Shown here piece after piece: positions 1 to 7,963 of a stretch of 64,000 bases of DNA. The notes under the pieces were generated by a model, which worked only from the letters and a program-made list of their open reading frames with translations, searched no databases and was not told the DNA's origin. Source of the DNA: Candidatus Nomurabacteria bacterium (GTDB lineage: Bacteria > Patescibacteriota > Minisyncoccia > Phycocordibacterales > UBA9973); assembly GCA_016199805.1 (NCBI GenBank), contig JACQGC010000004.1, positions 106,908 through 170,907 on the forward strand, given 5' to 3'. Position 1 is the first letter of the stretch. Each line of letters starts with the position of its first letter. The translations under genes were made by a program, and so were the position numbers.

Positions 1-1196
1 CAGATTTGGTCACTGAAGGATGCCTCACCCTGATACCAAGAGTCTGGGTATGTACCCGCGTCCACTGATTTTGGCACAGCACAATATACAGTGTTGCTCA
101 AACTACCCCAGACACATTTCTCCGACAGTGTCCGTACTCCAATCGGGGTCGAGACTTTCGTGTCAGTATGGTAAATATTCAGGGATAAATTATCGTTACT
201 ATAAAGAATCAGTTTTCCATTTGGGCTGGCCAGCGTGGTGAGCCCGTTTATGCCGCTAAGTATATTGGTTAGACTCTTTGTGCTGGTATTCAAGGAATAT
301 ACATATCCGGGTATGCCGGATGCGGGTTTGGTTGTGAGATTAATTGTGCCGGGGTTTGGCCACTGTGATAACCATTCAGTAAAAGGTGAAATAAAAATCT
401 GTACTTTTTTACTGGTTGCCAGGTTCATCGTTGTACCTACCATATTGCCTACATTGTTGAATAAATAAAAAATACTTGAAGTGTCGGGCGATAAACTCAT
501 ATCTTTAATATTTTCCGGCAAGAAAGCCCCCTTGATTTCATTGTTTGACACTCGGTCGACACCCAGGAGTTCTTTGGGTAAGGTCGCGGCAAAAGTTTCT
601 ATTGTCCTCCCATCACTTTTCAAGTAACGCATGACTACAGATTGCCCCTTATTGCCAAAAACCGCCTCATAAATCTGAGGTATCACGGTTATGGAAAACT
701 TCTGCTCAAAAATTTTGTCCGCAAAAGTTTCATAAATATTTCCACTGGCTCTGTCCACATACCTCAAAATAGGAGCAAACTCTGTCAAAGGTTTTGTTGC
801 TTTCGGTGGAGTTTTTGATATTACTACTGGAGTTGTAGTGGCTCCATCCCCTGACAAGGGGAGGGTCGGGGTGGGGTTGGTTGCTGGTATTTCTTTTATC
901 CTTTCTTGACTAAACACTGCAAATCCCGCAACCGGCATAGTTGAAACCTTGATTAGTTTTGCGGTCGTTTCCGGAGTAGTACCTGGCTCATTATTGGGTA
1001 TTTCGACAGGAGGTATAGTAGTCGGTGGAGTTTTTGTTTTACTGCTTGCAAAAGGATTAAATTGCGAGAAAAAATTTGTACCCGTACTTTCCCCGCCTGG
1101 AGTGGTTGGGCCAGAATTAAAAACCAGAAAGCCAAAAATCGCGATAACGACGATGGCCAGAACTATTACTAAAAGTATAAAATTTCTTCGTGACAT
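1..1196 (-). CDS. Membrane-anchored hypothetical protein, 3' end beyond window edge. N-terminal TM helix then Thr/Pro-rich linker and large extracytoplasmic domain; first gene of the T4SS-like array
   Basis: Hand translation of the minus strand from ATG at 1196-1194 (MSRRNFILLVIVLAIVVIAIFGF...) runs without a stop to position 1. It is absent from the ORF track because it is truncated by the window edge. The plus-strand ORFs 20-241 and 235-468 are antisense artefacts. Confidence 0.5.
   Translation of the reverse strand, partial: MSRRNFILLVIVLAIVVIAIFGFLVFNSGPTTPGGESTGTNFFSQFNPFASSKTKTPPTTIPPVEIPNNEPGTTPETTAKLIKVSTMPVAGFAVFSQERIKEIPATNPTPTLPLSGDGATTTPVVISKTPPKATKPLTEFAPILRYVDRASGNIYETFADKIFEQKFSITVIPQIYEAVFGNKGQSVVMRYLKSDGRTIETFAATLPKELLGVDRVSNNEIKGAFLPENIKDMSLSPDTSSIFYLFNNVGNMVGTTMNLATSKKVQIFISPFTEWLSQWPNPGTINLTTKPASGIPGYVYSLNTSTKSLTNILSGINGLTTLASPNGKLILYSNDNLSLNIYHTDTKVSTPIGVRTLSEKCVWGSLSNTVYCAVPKSVDAGTYPDSWYQGEASFSDQI
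845..880. repeat. In-frame GC-rich hairpin (CCCCTGACAAGGGG, identical to the type A hairpin) within the edge ORF
   Basis: catcccctgacaaggggagggtcggggtggggttgg encodes NPTPTLPLSGDGA. Confidence 0.45.
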
Positions 1197-1212
1197 AAAA
1201 ATTAATTATATA

Positions 1213-2310
1213 TTAAGGACCAACATGCCAATGATTCCCCTCGTACCTAAATGAAATGCCATCTTTTGAGTACCTTTGGTTAAGAGCCGGAGCTTTTCCA
1301 CCGGTTATGTAGTTGGTCAGGGTAGAATTTACGCCGAGATCTATGGTCGGGCTACCAATTCCGTGGCTGGTGCTTCCGGTTTCTCCACCATGCAGCCAAA
1401 ATTCTGTTCCACCTTGTATGGACAATGCACAGGTGGGGCATTTTTGATGGATGGTGTTTAAGTATGCTGGGTCAAGACCGGCCGTTGATGTGCAACTTGT
1501 TTGTCCAACAGTTGTACACTGTGCATTATATACAGTTGCGCCGCTGTCTGCTAGGTTGGCAAGTGCGCCAGCTCTGGGTGCGTAGGGTTCATTTTTGTTA
1601 TAAGCAAGACCTCCATGGGTATATTGTAATTGACCATTAACTAATGTTCCTGTTTGAGGAATATTATCATTAACTGCCACATCCACTGTCACTGGCGCCA
1701 AACTGTTGAGCTCCGTGCCCAATATGTCCGGATTTATTTGGTATAGGAGTGTCCAGGCGCCAAGGGCCAAGAGCAGACCGAATATGGCGTGAGTTATCCT
1801 TTCCTTTCCTGCTTCTTTCCCGGAAATCAGTTCCGTGGTCATGTATTCTATCCCCCCTATCACAATCATCACTACAGCCAAGACAGCGCAAAGGCCGATG
1901 AATATTCTTATCATGACGTTTAAGTATCCGCCGATTTTGTTTGGGCCGGTAGGGTCAAAAGTTGTCAGTTTGCCGTTTTCATCACATCCGCCAACGCCAG
2001 GTGTAGCACAAGGCAGTGGCGCCAGGAGCACATAAGGCCCCGCCCAAGTGCCACCTTGGCTTGCACAATCAGATTGTATTGTTGGGCCGACATTGTCGCC
2101 TATGGTGCATGTCCCAATCGGGTCGACAAATGTTCCACTGGGGTTTGATACGCTCGCGCAGTCATTTTGCGCCTGCAGTTGAGTAATTCCTGTTTTAGTT
2201 TCACTGGTAATACAATGTTCCAGATTTGTTTCCGCATAAAGAGCGGACAAGGGGCTAAGTATTCCCACCAGTGTAATGATTATTAAAATGTAGTTTATGT
2301 ATTTTCGCAT
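1213..2310 (-). CDS. Secreted/membrane protein: signal peptide, Cys-rich repeat module, VirB2/TrbC-like double-TM hairpin, C-terminal LAS/M15-type metallopeptidase-like domain (putative cell-wall hydrolase)
   Basis: 365 aa. N-terminal hydrophobic leader. Two hydrophobic helices (IFIGLCAVLAVVMIVIGG ... FGLLLALGAWTLLY). C-terminal motifs S-x-H-x-x-G-x-x-x-D (STSHGIGSPTIDLG) and E-x-x-HWH (EGNHWHVGP) resemble VanY/M15 zinc ligands. Confidence 0.45.
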   Translation of the reverse strand: MRKYINYILIIITLVGILSPLSALYAETNLEHCITSETKTGITQLQAQNDCASVSNPSGTFVDPIGTCTIGDNVGPTIQSDCASQGGTWAGPYVLLAPLPCATPGVGGCDENGKLTTFDPTGPNKIGGYLNVMIRIFIGLCAVLAVVMIVIGGIEYMTTELISGKEAGKERITHAIFGLLLALGAWTLLYQINPDILGTELNSLAPVTVDVAVNDNIPQTGTLVNGQLQYTHGGLAYNKNEPYAPRAGALANLADSGATVYNAQCTTVGQTSCTSTAGLDPAYLNTIHQKCPTCALSIQGGTEFWLHGGETGSTSHGIGSPTIDLGVNSTLTNYITGGKAPALNQRYSKDGISFRYEGNHWHVGP

Positions 2311-2350
2311 TTTACTTTATGAACTTTATAACTTTCTACTTTATAACTAC
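2311..2350. promoter_or_regulatory. AACTTTATAA-word motif block immediately upstream of minus-strand gene start
   Basis: ttactttatgaactttataactttctactttataact. Confidence 0.35.
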
Positions 2351-3337
2351 TCAAAAGTTGACATTTATTTCTTTACTTACATTTTCAAAAAGCTTATAAG
2401 TGTTGCTGATTTGCAAGTCTATCTTAGATGTTCCGGAAACTCCGGGTTGCAGTTTGAGGGGCATTAAGTTTTGTTGAAAGCTCTGAATGACGACGGGGCT
2501 GTCATTTATAGACCAACTCCAAATGAGGGTCGGTATTCGTATGTCCCCCGGCGAGATAAAGTATGGTGCGGCCTGGATAGTTTCATCACCGGTCACTTTA
2601 TGTTCGTCTGAAATGGCTTGCTCCCACAAGGTTCCGAGCTGTAAATCATTTTTATAAAATACAATCTTGGGTTGATAGGTGCCTACATCTATACTTGCCT
2701 CAGATGAAGATGTTTGGTCAACCGTACTAGCCACCACATCTATGTTGTTTGAACCGTCCAGATAATCGTTGACATAAGTGAAAGAATTTTTGCCATAACC
2801 GGAACCATCCGGCACATTGGTGTAGTCTTGTTTCCACGTATAAACGAGGTTTGTGGGGTTGGTCGTCTGAGAACCGGACTTTATTTCCGGCATGGCTACC
2901 ACTTTTATCTCACTTTGGGGTGAAGGCAAGGCCTTGCCTTTGTAAAAAGGAGGGACATAAGAGTCATCCGCCTGCCAAAGCAATATCATAACCGAAGACT
3001 TGATTAACATCGTGGTGTTGATGTCGCCATCGGGTAATTTGGTGGTGGCGATGACTGTCGTCTGTGCTCCTGCGGCTGGAGCATTCAAAGAAAAGGATTT
3101 TTTGCCGATTCCCGACAATCCACTCTTGCCGTTTACGGACCAAGATATCAAAACACTGTTTAAGTTGTCCACATAGCTATTTAAAGTGATGGTCACAGTC
3201 TCGCCGGGCGCTGGATTTTGCGGGGCGATATTTACCAAGATGGTGTCGGGAGAAGAAGCCTTTGCTTCAAAGGGTAAAACAACACTTGTTCCCATAAGTG
3301 TGATAACCAAATACAACAATAAGAATCTCAGTTTCAT
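2351..3337 (-). CDS. Secreted hypothetical protein (signal peptide, beta-rich)
   Basis: 328 aa ORF; N-terminal MKLRFLLLYLVITLMGTSVVLPFEAKA signal-like leader; preceded by the AACTTTATAA-type motif. Confidence 0.55.
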   Translation of the reverse strand: MKLRFLLLYLVITLMGTSVVLPFEAKASSPDTILVNIAPQNPAPGETVTITLNSYVDNLNSVLISWSVNGKSGLSGIGKKSFSLNAPAAGAQTTVIATTKLPDGDINTTMLIKSSVMILLWQADDSYVPPFYKGKALPSPQSEIKVVAMPEIKSGSQTTNPTNLVYTWKQDYTNVPDGSGYGKNSFTYVNDYLDGSNNIDVVASTVDQTSSSEASIDVGTYQPKIVFYKNDLQLGTLWEQAISDEHKVTGDETIQAAPYFISPGDIRIPTLIWSWSINDSPVVIQSFQQNLMPLKLQPGVSGTSKIDLQISNTYKLFENVSKEINVNF

Positions 3338-3392
3338 GCTATATAATTATATCACAACTACTTTATAAACTTTAAAACTTTCAACTTTATAA
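3338..3392. promoter_or_regulatory. AACTTTATAA-word motif block
   Basis: actactttataaactttaaaactttcaactttataacta. Confidence 0.35.
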
Positions 3393-5249
3393 CTATTGCT
3401 TATTTTCCACCTGACGAGATTCCAGTTCTTGTTTGGCTTTTTTGTTTGAGAGTATCTGCGAAGGATCGGAGGTAATAATCTGATCTTCGGTATAGGAAGA
3501 AATAATTTTTATGGCCACATGTTTTGTGCCGGCAAAGAATATTCCCTCACCCACATTGGATTCCAAAAGCAAATACTTTTCTTCATCCGTCAGGTTGAAA
3601 GTCTTTTGCAAAAGGTCAATCGTGGTAGGAGATTGTTTCAAAAGAAGCTGGATGGAAGAGTTGGTAATAATCGGCACGCCATAAGGGGAATTCAAAAAGT
3701 CGGCAGCGTCTTGAGTAATGGTGGAAAGTCCCAGGTAATATTTTCGTCCTCTTTTGGCGATGGAATACAAGAATGAGGCGGTATCTTCGGATTTCATCAT
3801 CCACCAGGCTTCGTCCACTACCAAAAGGCGTTTTTTCAAATTCTTACGCACCGCGTTCCAAATGTAATGCATGATGATATACATGGCCACCGGTTTGAGT
3901 TCGTCTTCCATGTCGCGCACCGAGAACACCACGAATTTTTTATTAATATCCACGTTTGAAGGTCTGTTTAAAAACGTGGCCCAAGAACCCTTGGTATATT
4001 TTACCAGTCTTTGCACCACGGAATCACTGCCGTCCATCCCCGAGAGCACCATTTCAAAATCCGATAAAAGTGGAGGTTCGATATTTGCAAAATCGGATTC
4101 CGGAGTTATGTCTTTTATGGCGTAAGTTTCCGAAATGGCGCGGTCCACCATGGAATCTTCTTCCGGAGTCAGCCCCCCGAGCATCAGTCGGAAAAGCCCG
4201 ACTAGGTTTATGATATTTGAACGCAACACGTCTTCAGCGGTTTCATCTTCACGGGGCATCGGCAAATCAAAAGGATTGATATGGTGGTCGGAAGAAAGTG
4301 AAATATTGAAATATCTGCCACCGACGGCTTCGGCCAAAAATTCATACTCTCTTTCCGGGTCGATGACGATGACATCGGTGTCAAACATCAAGGAACGTAA
4401 TATTTCCAGTTTGGTAGCATAAGATTTACCGGAACCGGCCTTGGCGAAAGTCACCGAATTATAATTTTCCAGAGAAAATCTGTCGAAAATAACCAAGCTG
4501 GAATTGCTTCTGTTTACCCCATAGAGAATTCCTTTGTCGGAAGTGAGGTCGGAAGAAATGAACGGGAAGACACTGGACAGAGGCTCGGAATTTAATTTTT
4601 GGTGGATGTTTAGCAGGTCTGTCTCTATCGGAATAACGCTTTTGAAACCTTCTTCTTGCTGGAAAAGGGCTGGTTTGATATATATCAGCTTTGATTCCAA
4701 CATCGATTTTATTTCATTTTCAATTTTGAAAAGCTCGAGTTCATTGTCCGCATAAATGGTGACATATATACCCACATCAAACATCTTTTCCTGCGCTTGA
4801 ATCAGGTTGTCGCGCAAGCCTTCCAGGTCTTGGTAAGCGGTGTCGAGCATCGGGTCGCGCACCATGCCTTTACCTTCACGCACGGAAATCTGGCTCTGCA
4901 CTTCGGCGACTTTTTTCTGAAATTGTCGGAGCATCAGCGAAGTGTCAATCGGATGAACAAAAATTGAAATATCAAAAACCTTGTCCAGGTTGATAATCGG
5001 GGAAAACCAATTGTCGGTTAAAAATCTCGGATAAGATATTATAAAAAATGTGCGGGCAATTTTCTCGCCCAGATTTATGGACTTGGGTTCTATCTTCAGA
5101 GCCGATGGCGCGATGACATCTTCGAGCTCCAGGTTGGCGGACTCGTAAATATCTTCGGGTAAAATAGCCAAAGTAGAAGCCCGGGCCTGGCCCCCGGCCG
5201 ACGTTCCTTGTTTTCTAAATAAATTTTTTATGTTATCTAAAATACTCAT
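3393..5249 (-). CDS. VirB4/TrbE/TraC-family type IV secretion ATPase
   Basis: 618 aa; Walker A FAKAGSGKSYAT, Walker B LLVVDEAWWM; size and motif spacing typical of VirB4-like ATPases. Confidence 0.8.
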   Translation of the reverse strand: MSILDNIKNLFRKQGTSAGGQARASTLAILPEDIYESANLELEDVIAPSALKIEPKSINLGEKIARTFFIISYPRFLTDNWFSPIINLDKVFDISIFVHPIDTSLMLRQFQKKVAEVQSQISVREGKGMVRDPMLDTAYQDLEGLRDNLIQAQEKMFDVGIYVTIYADNELELFKIENEIKSMLESKLIYIKPALFQQEEGFKSVIPIETDLLNIHQKLNSEPLSSVFPFISSDLTSDKGILYGVNRSNSSLVIFDRFSLENYNSVTFAKAGSGKSYATKLEILRSLMFDTDVIVIDPEREYEFLAEAVGGRYFNISLSSDHHINPFDLPMPREDETAEDVLRSNIINLVGLFRLMLGGLTPEEDSMVDRAISETYAIKDITPESDFANIEPPLLSDFEMVLSGMDGSDSVVQRLVKYTKGSWATFLNRPSNVDINKKFVVFSVRDMEDELKPVAMYIIMHYIWNAVRKNLKKRLLVVDEAWWMMKSEDTASFLYSIAKRGRKYYLGLSTITQDAADFLNSPYGVPIITNSSIQLLLKQSPTTIDLLQKTFNLTDEEKYLLLESNVGEGIFFAGTKHVAIKIISSYTEDQIITSDPSQILSNKKAKQELESRQVENKQ

Positions 5250-5299
5250 TTTTGTTTTTACTTTCTACTTTATAAACTTTATAACTTTTTACTTGAAGA
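5250..5299. promoter_or_regulatory. AACTTTATAA-word motif block
   Basis: tactttctactttataaactttataactttttactt. Confidence 0.35.
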
Positions 5300-5953
5300 T
5301 TAAGCTTCCAGCTTAATTTTCCCTTCCAATTCCCCCGGATTGAAAACTTTATAAAATACCTCGACGACTTCTTCGGTGCCGAGTTGGGCGGAATTTATAC
5401 CGCAGCGGCCGAGGCCCTGCTGAATGACGGCGACTCTCTCTTCCAGTTGCGACCTCTTTTCTTCAAAATCCACTTCCTTGGCCACCCGGTTTTCTTCTTT
5501 ACTGCCACCCTTAAAGAATTTTCCGAATATCCCGCCAAATATTCCCGAATCTGATTTTAGAACAGTATGGGTATATGGCACAACCACAAAAAAACTTTTG
5601 GTCATAATGGCTACCGACTCGGTGAAATTTCTGATAAATTCTATATACTCTTTTGTCTGTAGTTTGAGTAAGGGTTCGGTCTGCACTTTTACTCTGTTTT
5701 CCAACAATAACAAATATGGTCTTATGTCCAACTTCCTGGACTGGATAGATACCTGCACCGAAAAATCGAGAGTGTTTAGGAAATTTTGAAATTGTAAAAT
5801 TGTCGCCTTTTGTTCATCGTCTGACTTTAGGGAAAGGTTCACCGAGTTGGCCAAGACGAGCGCCCGCAAGTCGCCGTCTTTTAGAACCACGATGCCGTCG
5901 CGTACTTCTTTGATGGGTATAAACTCTTGTGTTGCTTTTGCGTTTAAGGCCAT
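5300..5953 (-). CDS. Hypothetical protein within T4SS-like cluster
   Basis: 217 aa ORF, co-directional, preceded by AACTTTATAA motif. Confidence 0.5.
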   Translation of the reverse strand: MALNAKATQEFIPIKEVRDGIVVLKDGDLRALVLANSVNLSLKSDDEQKATILQFQNFLNTLDFSVQVSIQSRKLDIRPYLLLLENRVKVQTEPLLKLQTKEYIEFIRNFTESVAIMTKSFFVVVPYTHTVLKSDSGIFGGIFGKFFKGGSKEENRVAKEVDFEEKRSQLEERVAVIQQGLGRCGINSAQLGTEEVVEVFYKVFNPGELEGKIKLEA

Positions 5954-6053
5954 AGATGTCTAGTTAAAAGTTCATAAAGTTCTTAAAGTTATAAAGTTGG
6001 ATTAAAATTAATTTGCATTGTATTTACTTGACGGACTTTATAAACTTTCTACA
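5954..6053. promoter_or_regulatory. AACTTTATAA-word motif block (both orientations, 100 bp)
   Basis: aaagttcataaagttcttaaagttataaagtt ... ggactttataaactttctacattataact. Confidence 0.35.
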
Positions 6054-6482
6054 TTATAACTGATGTTCTTGATTTTTTCTTAAATCAAGAACATCGAGAC
6101 TCCAGGCCAAGTCCCGGAGCTTGCTCCCAGTCAACTTGTTCCCGTATACCGCCTGATCTTTGTTGTCAGTTGTGGCTTGTGGTTGGTTGTTCGCAGACGA
6201 GCTCTTTTTCTTTTTCCAAATATAAAGCTTATTTTGACTGAAATATTTGAACCCGGATTCCAGCATGTTGATAAACGGCTTATTGTTGGGACGGTAAAAT
6301 ATTAGCATACCGGAAAATCCGGCAATCAGTAAAATGGGGATAGCTGCAAAAAGTAGACCGAGCAATTTAAATAGTATGTAGCACAAACCCGCCCCTCCGG
6401 CCAAATAGGCAAATTCCCTAAAGGTGAAAGGGCCAAAAATTTTGTCTTCAATATCCAAAAATTGTGGAACTTTAAATTGCAT
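6054..6482 (-). CDS. Small two-TM membrane protein, PrgI/VirB3-like
   Basis: 142 aa; two adjacent hydrophobic helices (YLAGGAGLCYILFKLLGLLFAAIPILLIAGFSGMLIF) near the N-terminus; sits next to the VirB4-like gene as VirB3/PrgI usually does. Confidence 0.45.
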   Translation of the reverse strand: MQFKVPQFLDIEDKIFGPFTFREFAYLAGGAGLCYILFKLLGLLFAAIPILLIAGFSGMLIFYRPNNKPFINMLESGFKYFSQNKLYIWKKKKSSSANNQPQATTDNKDQAVYGNKLTGSKLRDLAWSLDVLDLRKNQEHQL

Positions 6483-6535
6483 GGGGATGAGTTATAAAGT
6501 TATAAAGTTCATAAAGTTGTAAAGTTAATGCAATA
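6483..6535. promoter_or_regulatory. AACTTTATAA-word motif block
   Basis: gagttataaagttataaagttcataaagttgtaaagtta. Confidence 0.35.
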
Positions 6536-6883
6536 CTAATCCAGAGTTTTAATAAGACCTGATAATAGCTTAGAAATTTCTAGAGTTAAATCATACATTT
6601 TCTTAAAATCTCGTTCTGTAATGTATTTTAACTCCAAACCTAAGTTTAACATAGATCTGACTTCTCCGGCAGACCCCTTGGATATAAATAGAAAGTTTTT
6701 AAGCTCTTTGTTTGTTCGCCTTTCAAAACCTTCAGCAATGTTGTTCATTATTGAAACTGAAGCTCTTTCTATTTGGTTTTTAAAACTATAGTCTTTACAG
6801 CTCTTAAATACTATATAAACATTAATCGTTAAATCTTTTCCTTTTTGCCAAGATATTATTTCCTCAAATTTTTCTATTCGCAT
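6536..6883 (-). CDS. Four-helix-bundle protein (TIGR02436-like; former 23S rRNA intervening-sequence protein family)
   Basis: 115 aa; NIAEGFERRTNKELKNFLFISKGSAGEVRSML motif is characteristic of this family. Confidence 0.7.
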   Translation of the reverse strand: MRIEKFEEIISWQKGKDLTINVYIVFKSCKDYSFKNQIERASVSIMNNIAEGFERRTNKELKNFLFISKGSAGEVRSMLNLGLELKYITERDFKKMYDLTLEISKLLSGLIKTLD

Positions 6884-6930
6884 TTTACTTGATGACTTTA
6901 TGAACTTTTTACTTTATAACTGGACCACTC
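6884..6930. promoter_or_regulatory. AACTTTATAA-word motif block
   Basis: tgactttatgaactttttactttataact. Confidence 0.35.
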
Positions 6931-7935
6931 CTACTCCGGCACCTCTCGGTAAGGATCAACCAAAGGTTTACTTGATGGAGGTGTGGGTGCTGTAATGTTT
7001 GGCAAGGAGTGGTCGGTTTTTACTACCGGCGATGGCACGGGAATAGACATTTTTTGGGCCAAGGCGGGATGAATTGTATTATTACCCTCTTGAGGGGTGG
7101 CTTTAGCCGGGGTGGATAGTTCCAATTTTTCCGGGACGGGCATAGGATTATTCCCCTCTTGAGGGGTGGTGCTTGCGCCGGGGTGGATAGACTTCTTCTC
7201 CGGAATAATTTCAATCCCATGTGTTTTCAGTACGTTTGCGTTACTTACTTTCTGCTCCTCGGTGTCATGTTTTTCTTCGGGTTCCCCCATCTTGGTTCTG
7301 ACTTCTTTTATAATTCTTTGATTAACGGAATTTACGATTGTGTAGGCTATCCCGTCCGGCACTTTCAAAATGCTCTTTATCGCATCCTCGAATTTATCGG
7401 TAGGAACAGTGCCCAAAATCACACTAGTGGTTGTCGTTTCCAGCAGCCCTATTTGTTCCACCGTAAGCCCGTTTTCACTCCCGATGTTATAGATGGTCTC
7501 ATAATAATGCGCTTCTTTGATGTAATTTTTTATTTCTTCCGGTAGTTTCGCGAAACGCTCATCGAGCTCTTCTTCGAAACTTGCCCCTGCATTTCCTTCG
7601 GACCTTATGTTTGCGTCAAACACATTTAGAAGCTCCGGACGGATAGTTTTTATTATCGACTCATTTATTTCGGCGAGAATATTATCCAAAAATTCTTTTT
7701 GCAGACCCAAATCCAATTCCAGATTTTTCTTATATTCATCCAAATGAATTATGCCGAGCAAAACCAGAGTCATTTCCGTGCCCAAGGTTTCTTGTTGAGC
7801 CTTGGTCAGGTCGTGTTTGGTGCTGATTTGCTGCAATGTCTCCAGCCATTTCATACTGGAAAATATTTCCTGCAATTTGGGTGTAAGTTTTGAGTAATAT
7901 AAAGCAACATTTTGTTGTAATTCTGTTTTATCCAT
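6931..7935 (-). CDS. Hypothetical protein with C-terminal Pro-rich tail containing a tandem ATPQEGNN repeat encoded by a palindromic DNA repeat
   Basis: 334 aa; two copies of the CCCCTCTTGAGGGGTGG...GGGGTGGATA element lie in-frame at 7084-7190. Confidence 0.55.
   Translation of the reverse strand: MDKTELQQNVALYYSKLTPKLQEIFSSMKWLETLQQISTKHDLTKAQQETLGTEMTLVLLGIIHLDEYKKNLELDLGLQKEFLDNILAEINESIIKTIRPELLNVFDANIRSEGNAGASFEEELDERFAKLPEEIKNYIKEAHYYETIYNIGSENGLTVEQIGLLETTTTSVILGTVPTDKFEDAIKSILKVPDGIAYTIVNSVNQRIIKEVRTKMGEPEEKHDTEEQKVSNANVLKTHGIEIIPEKKSIHPGASTTPQEGNNPMPVPEKLELSTPAKATPQEGNNTIHPALAQKMSIPVPSPVVKTDHSLPNITAPTPPSSKPLVDPYREVPE
7084..7119. repeat. Type D palindromic repeat CCCTCTTGAGGGGTGG...GGGGTGGATA (copy 1, in-frame in the 6931-7935 gene)
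   Basis: accctcttgaggggtggctttagccggggtggata. Confidence 0.55.
7153..7190. repeat. Type D palindromic repeat copy 2 (in-frame)
   Basis: cccctcttgaggggtggtgcttgcgccggggtggatag. Confidence 0.55.
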
Positions 7936-7963
7936 AAATTATCTGATATTTATTATCAATTCT

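Noticed and set aside
20-468. Plus-strand ORFs 20-241 and 235-468
   Set aside because: They are antisense to a continuous 398-codon minus-strand reading frame with a TM N-terminus and coherent codon usage, so they are artefacts.
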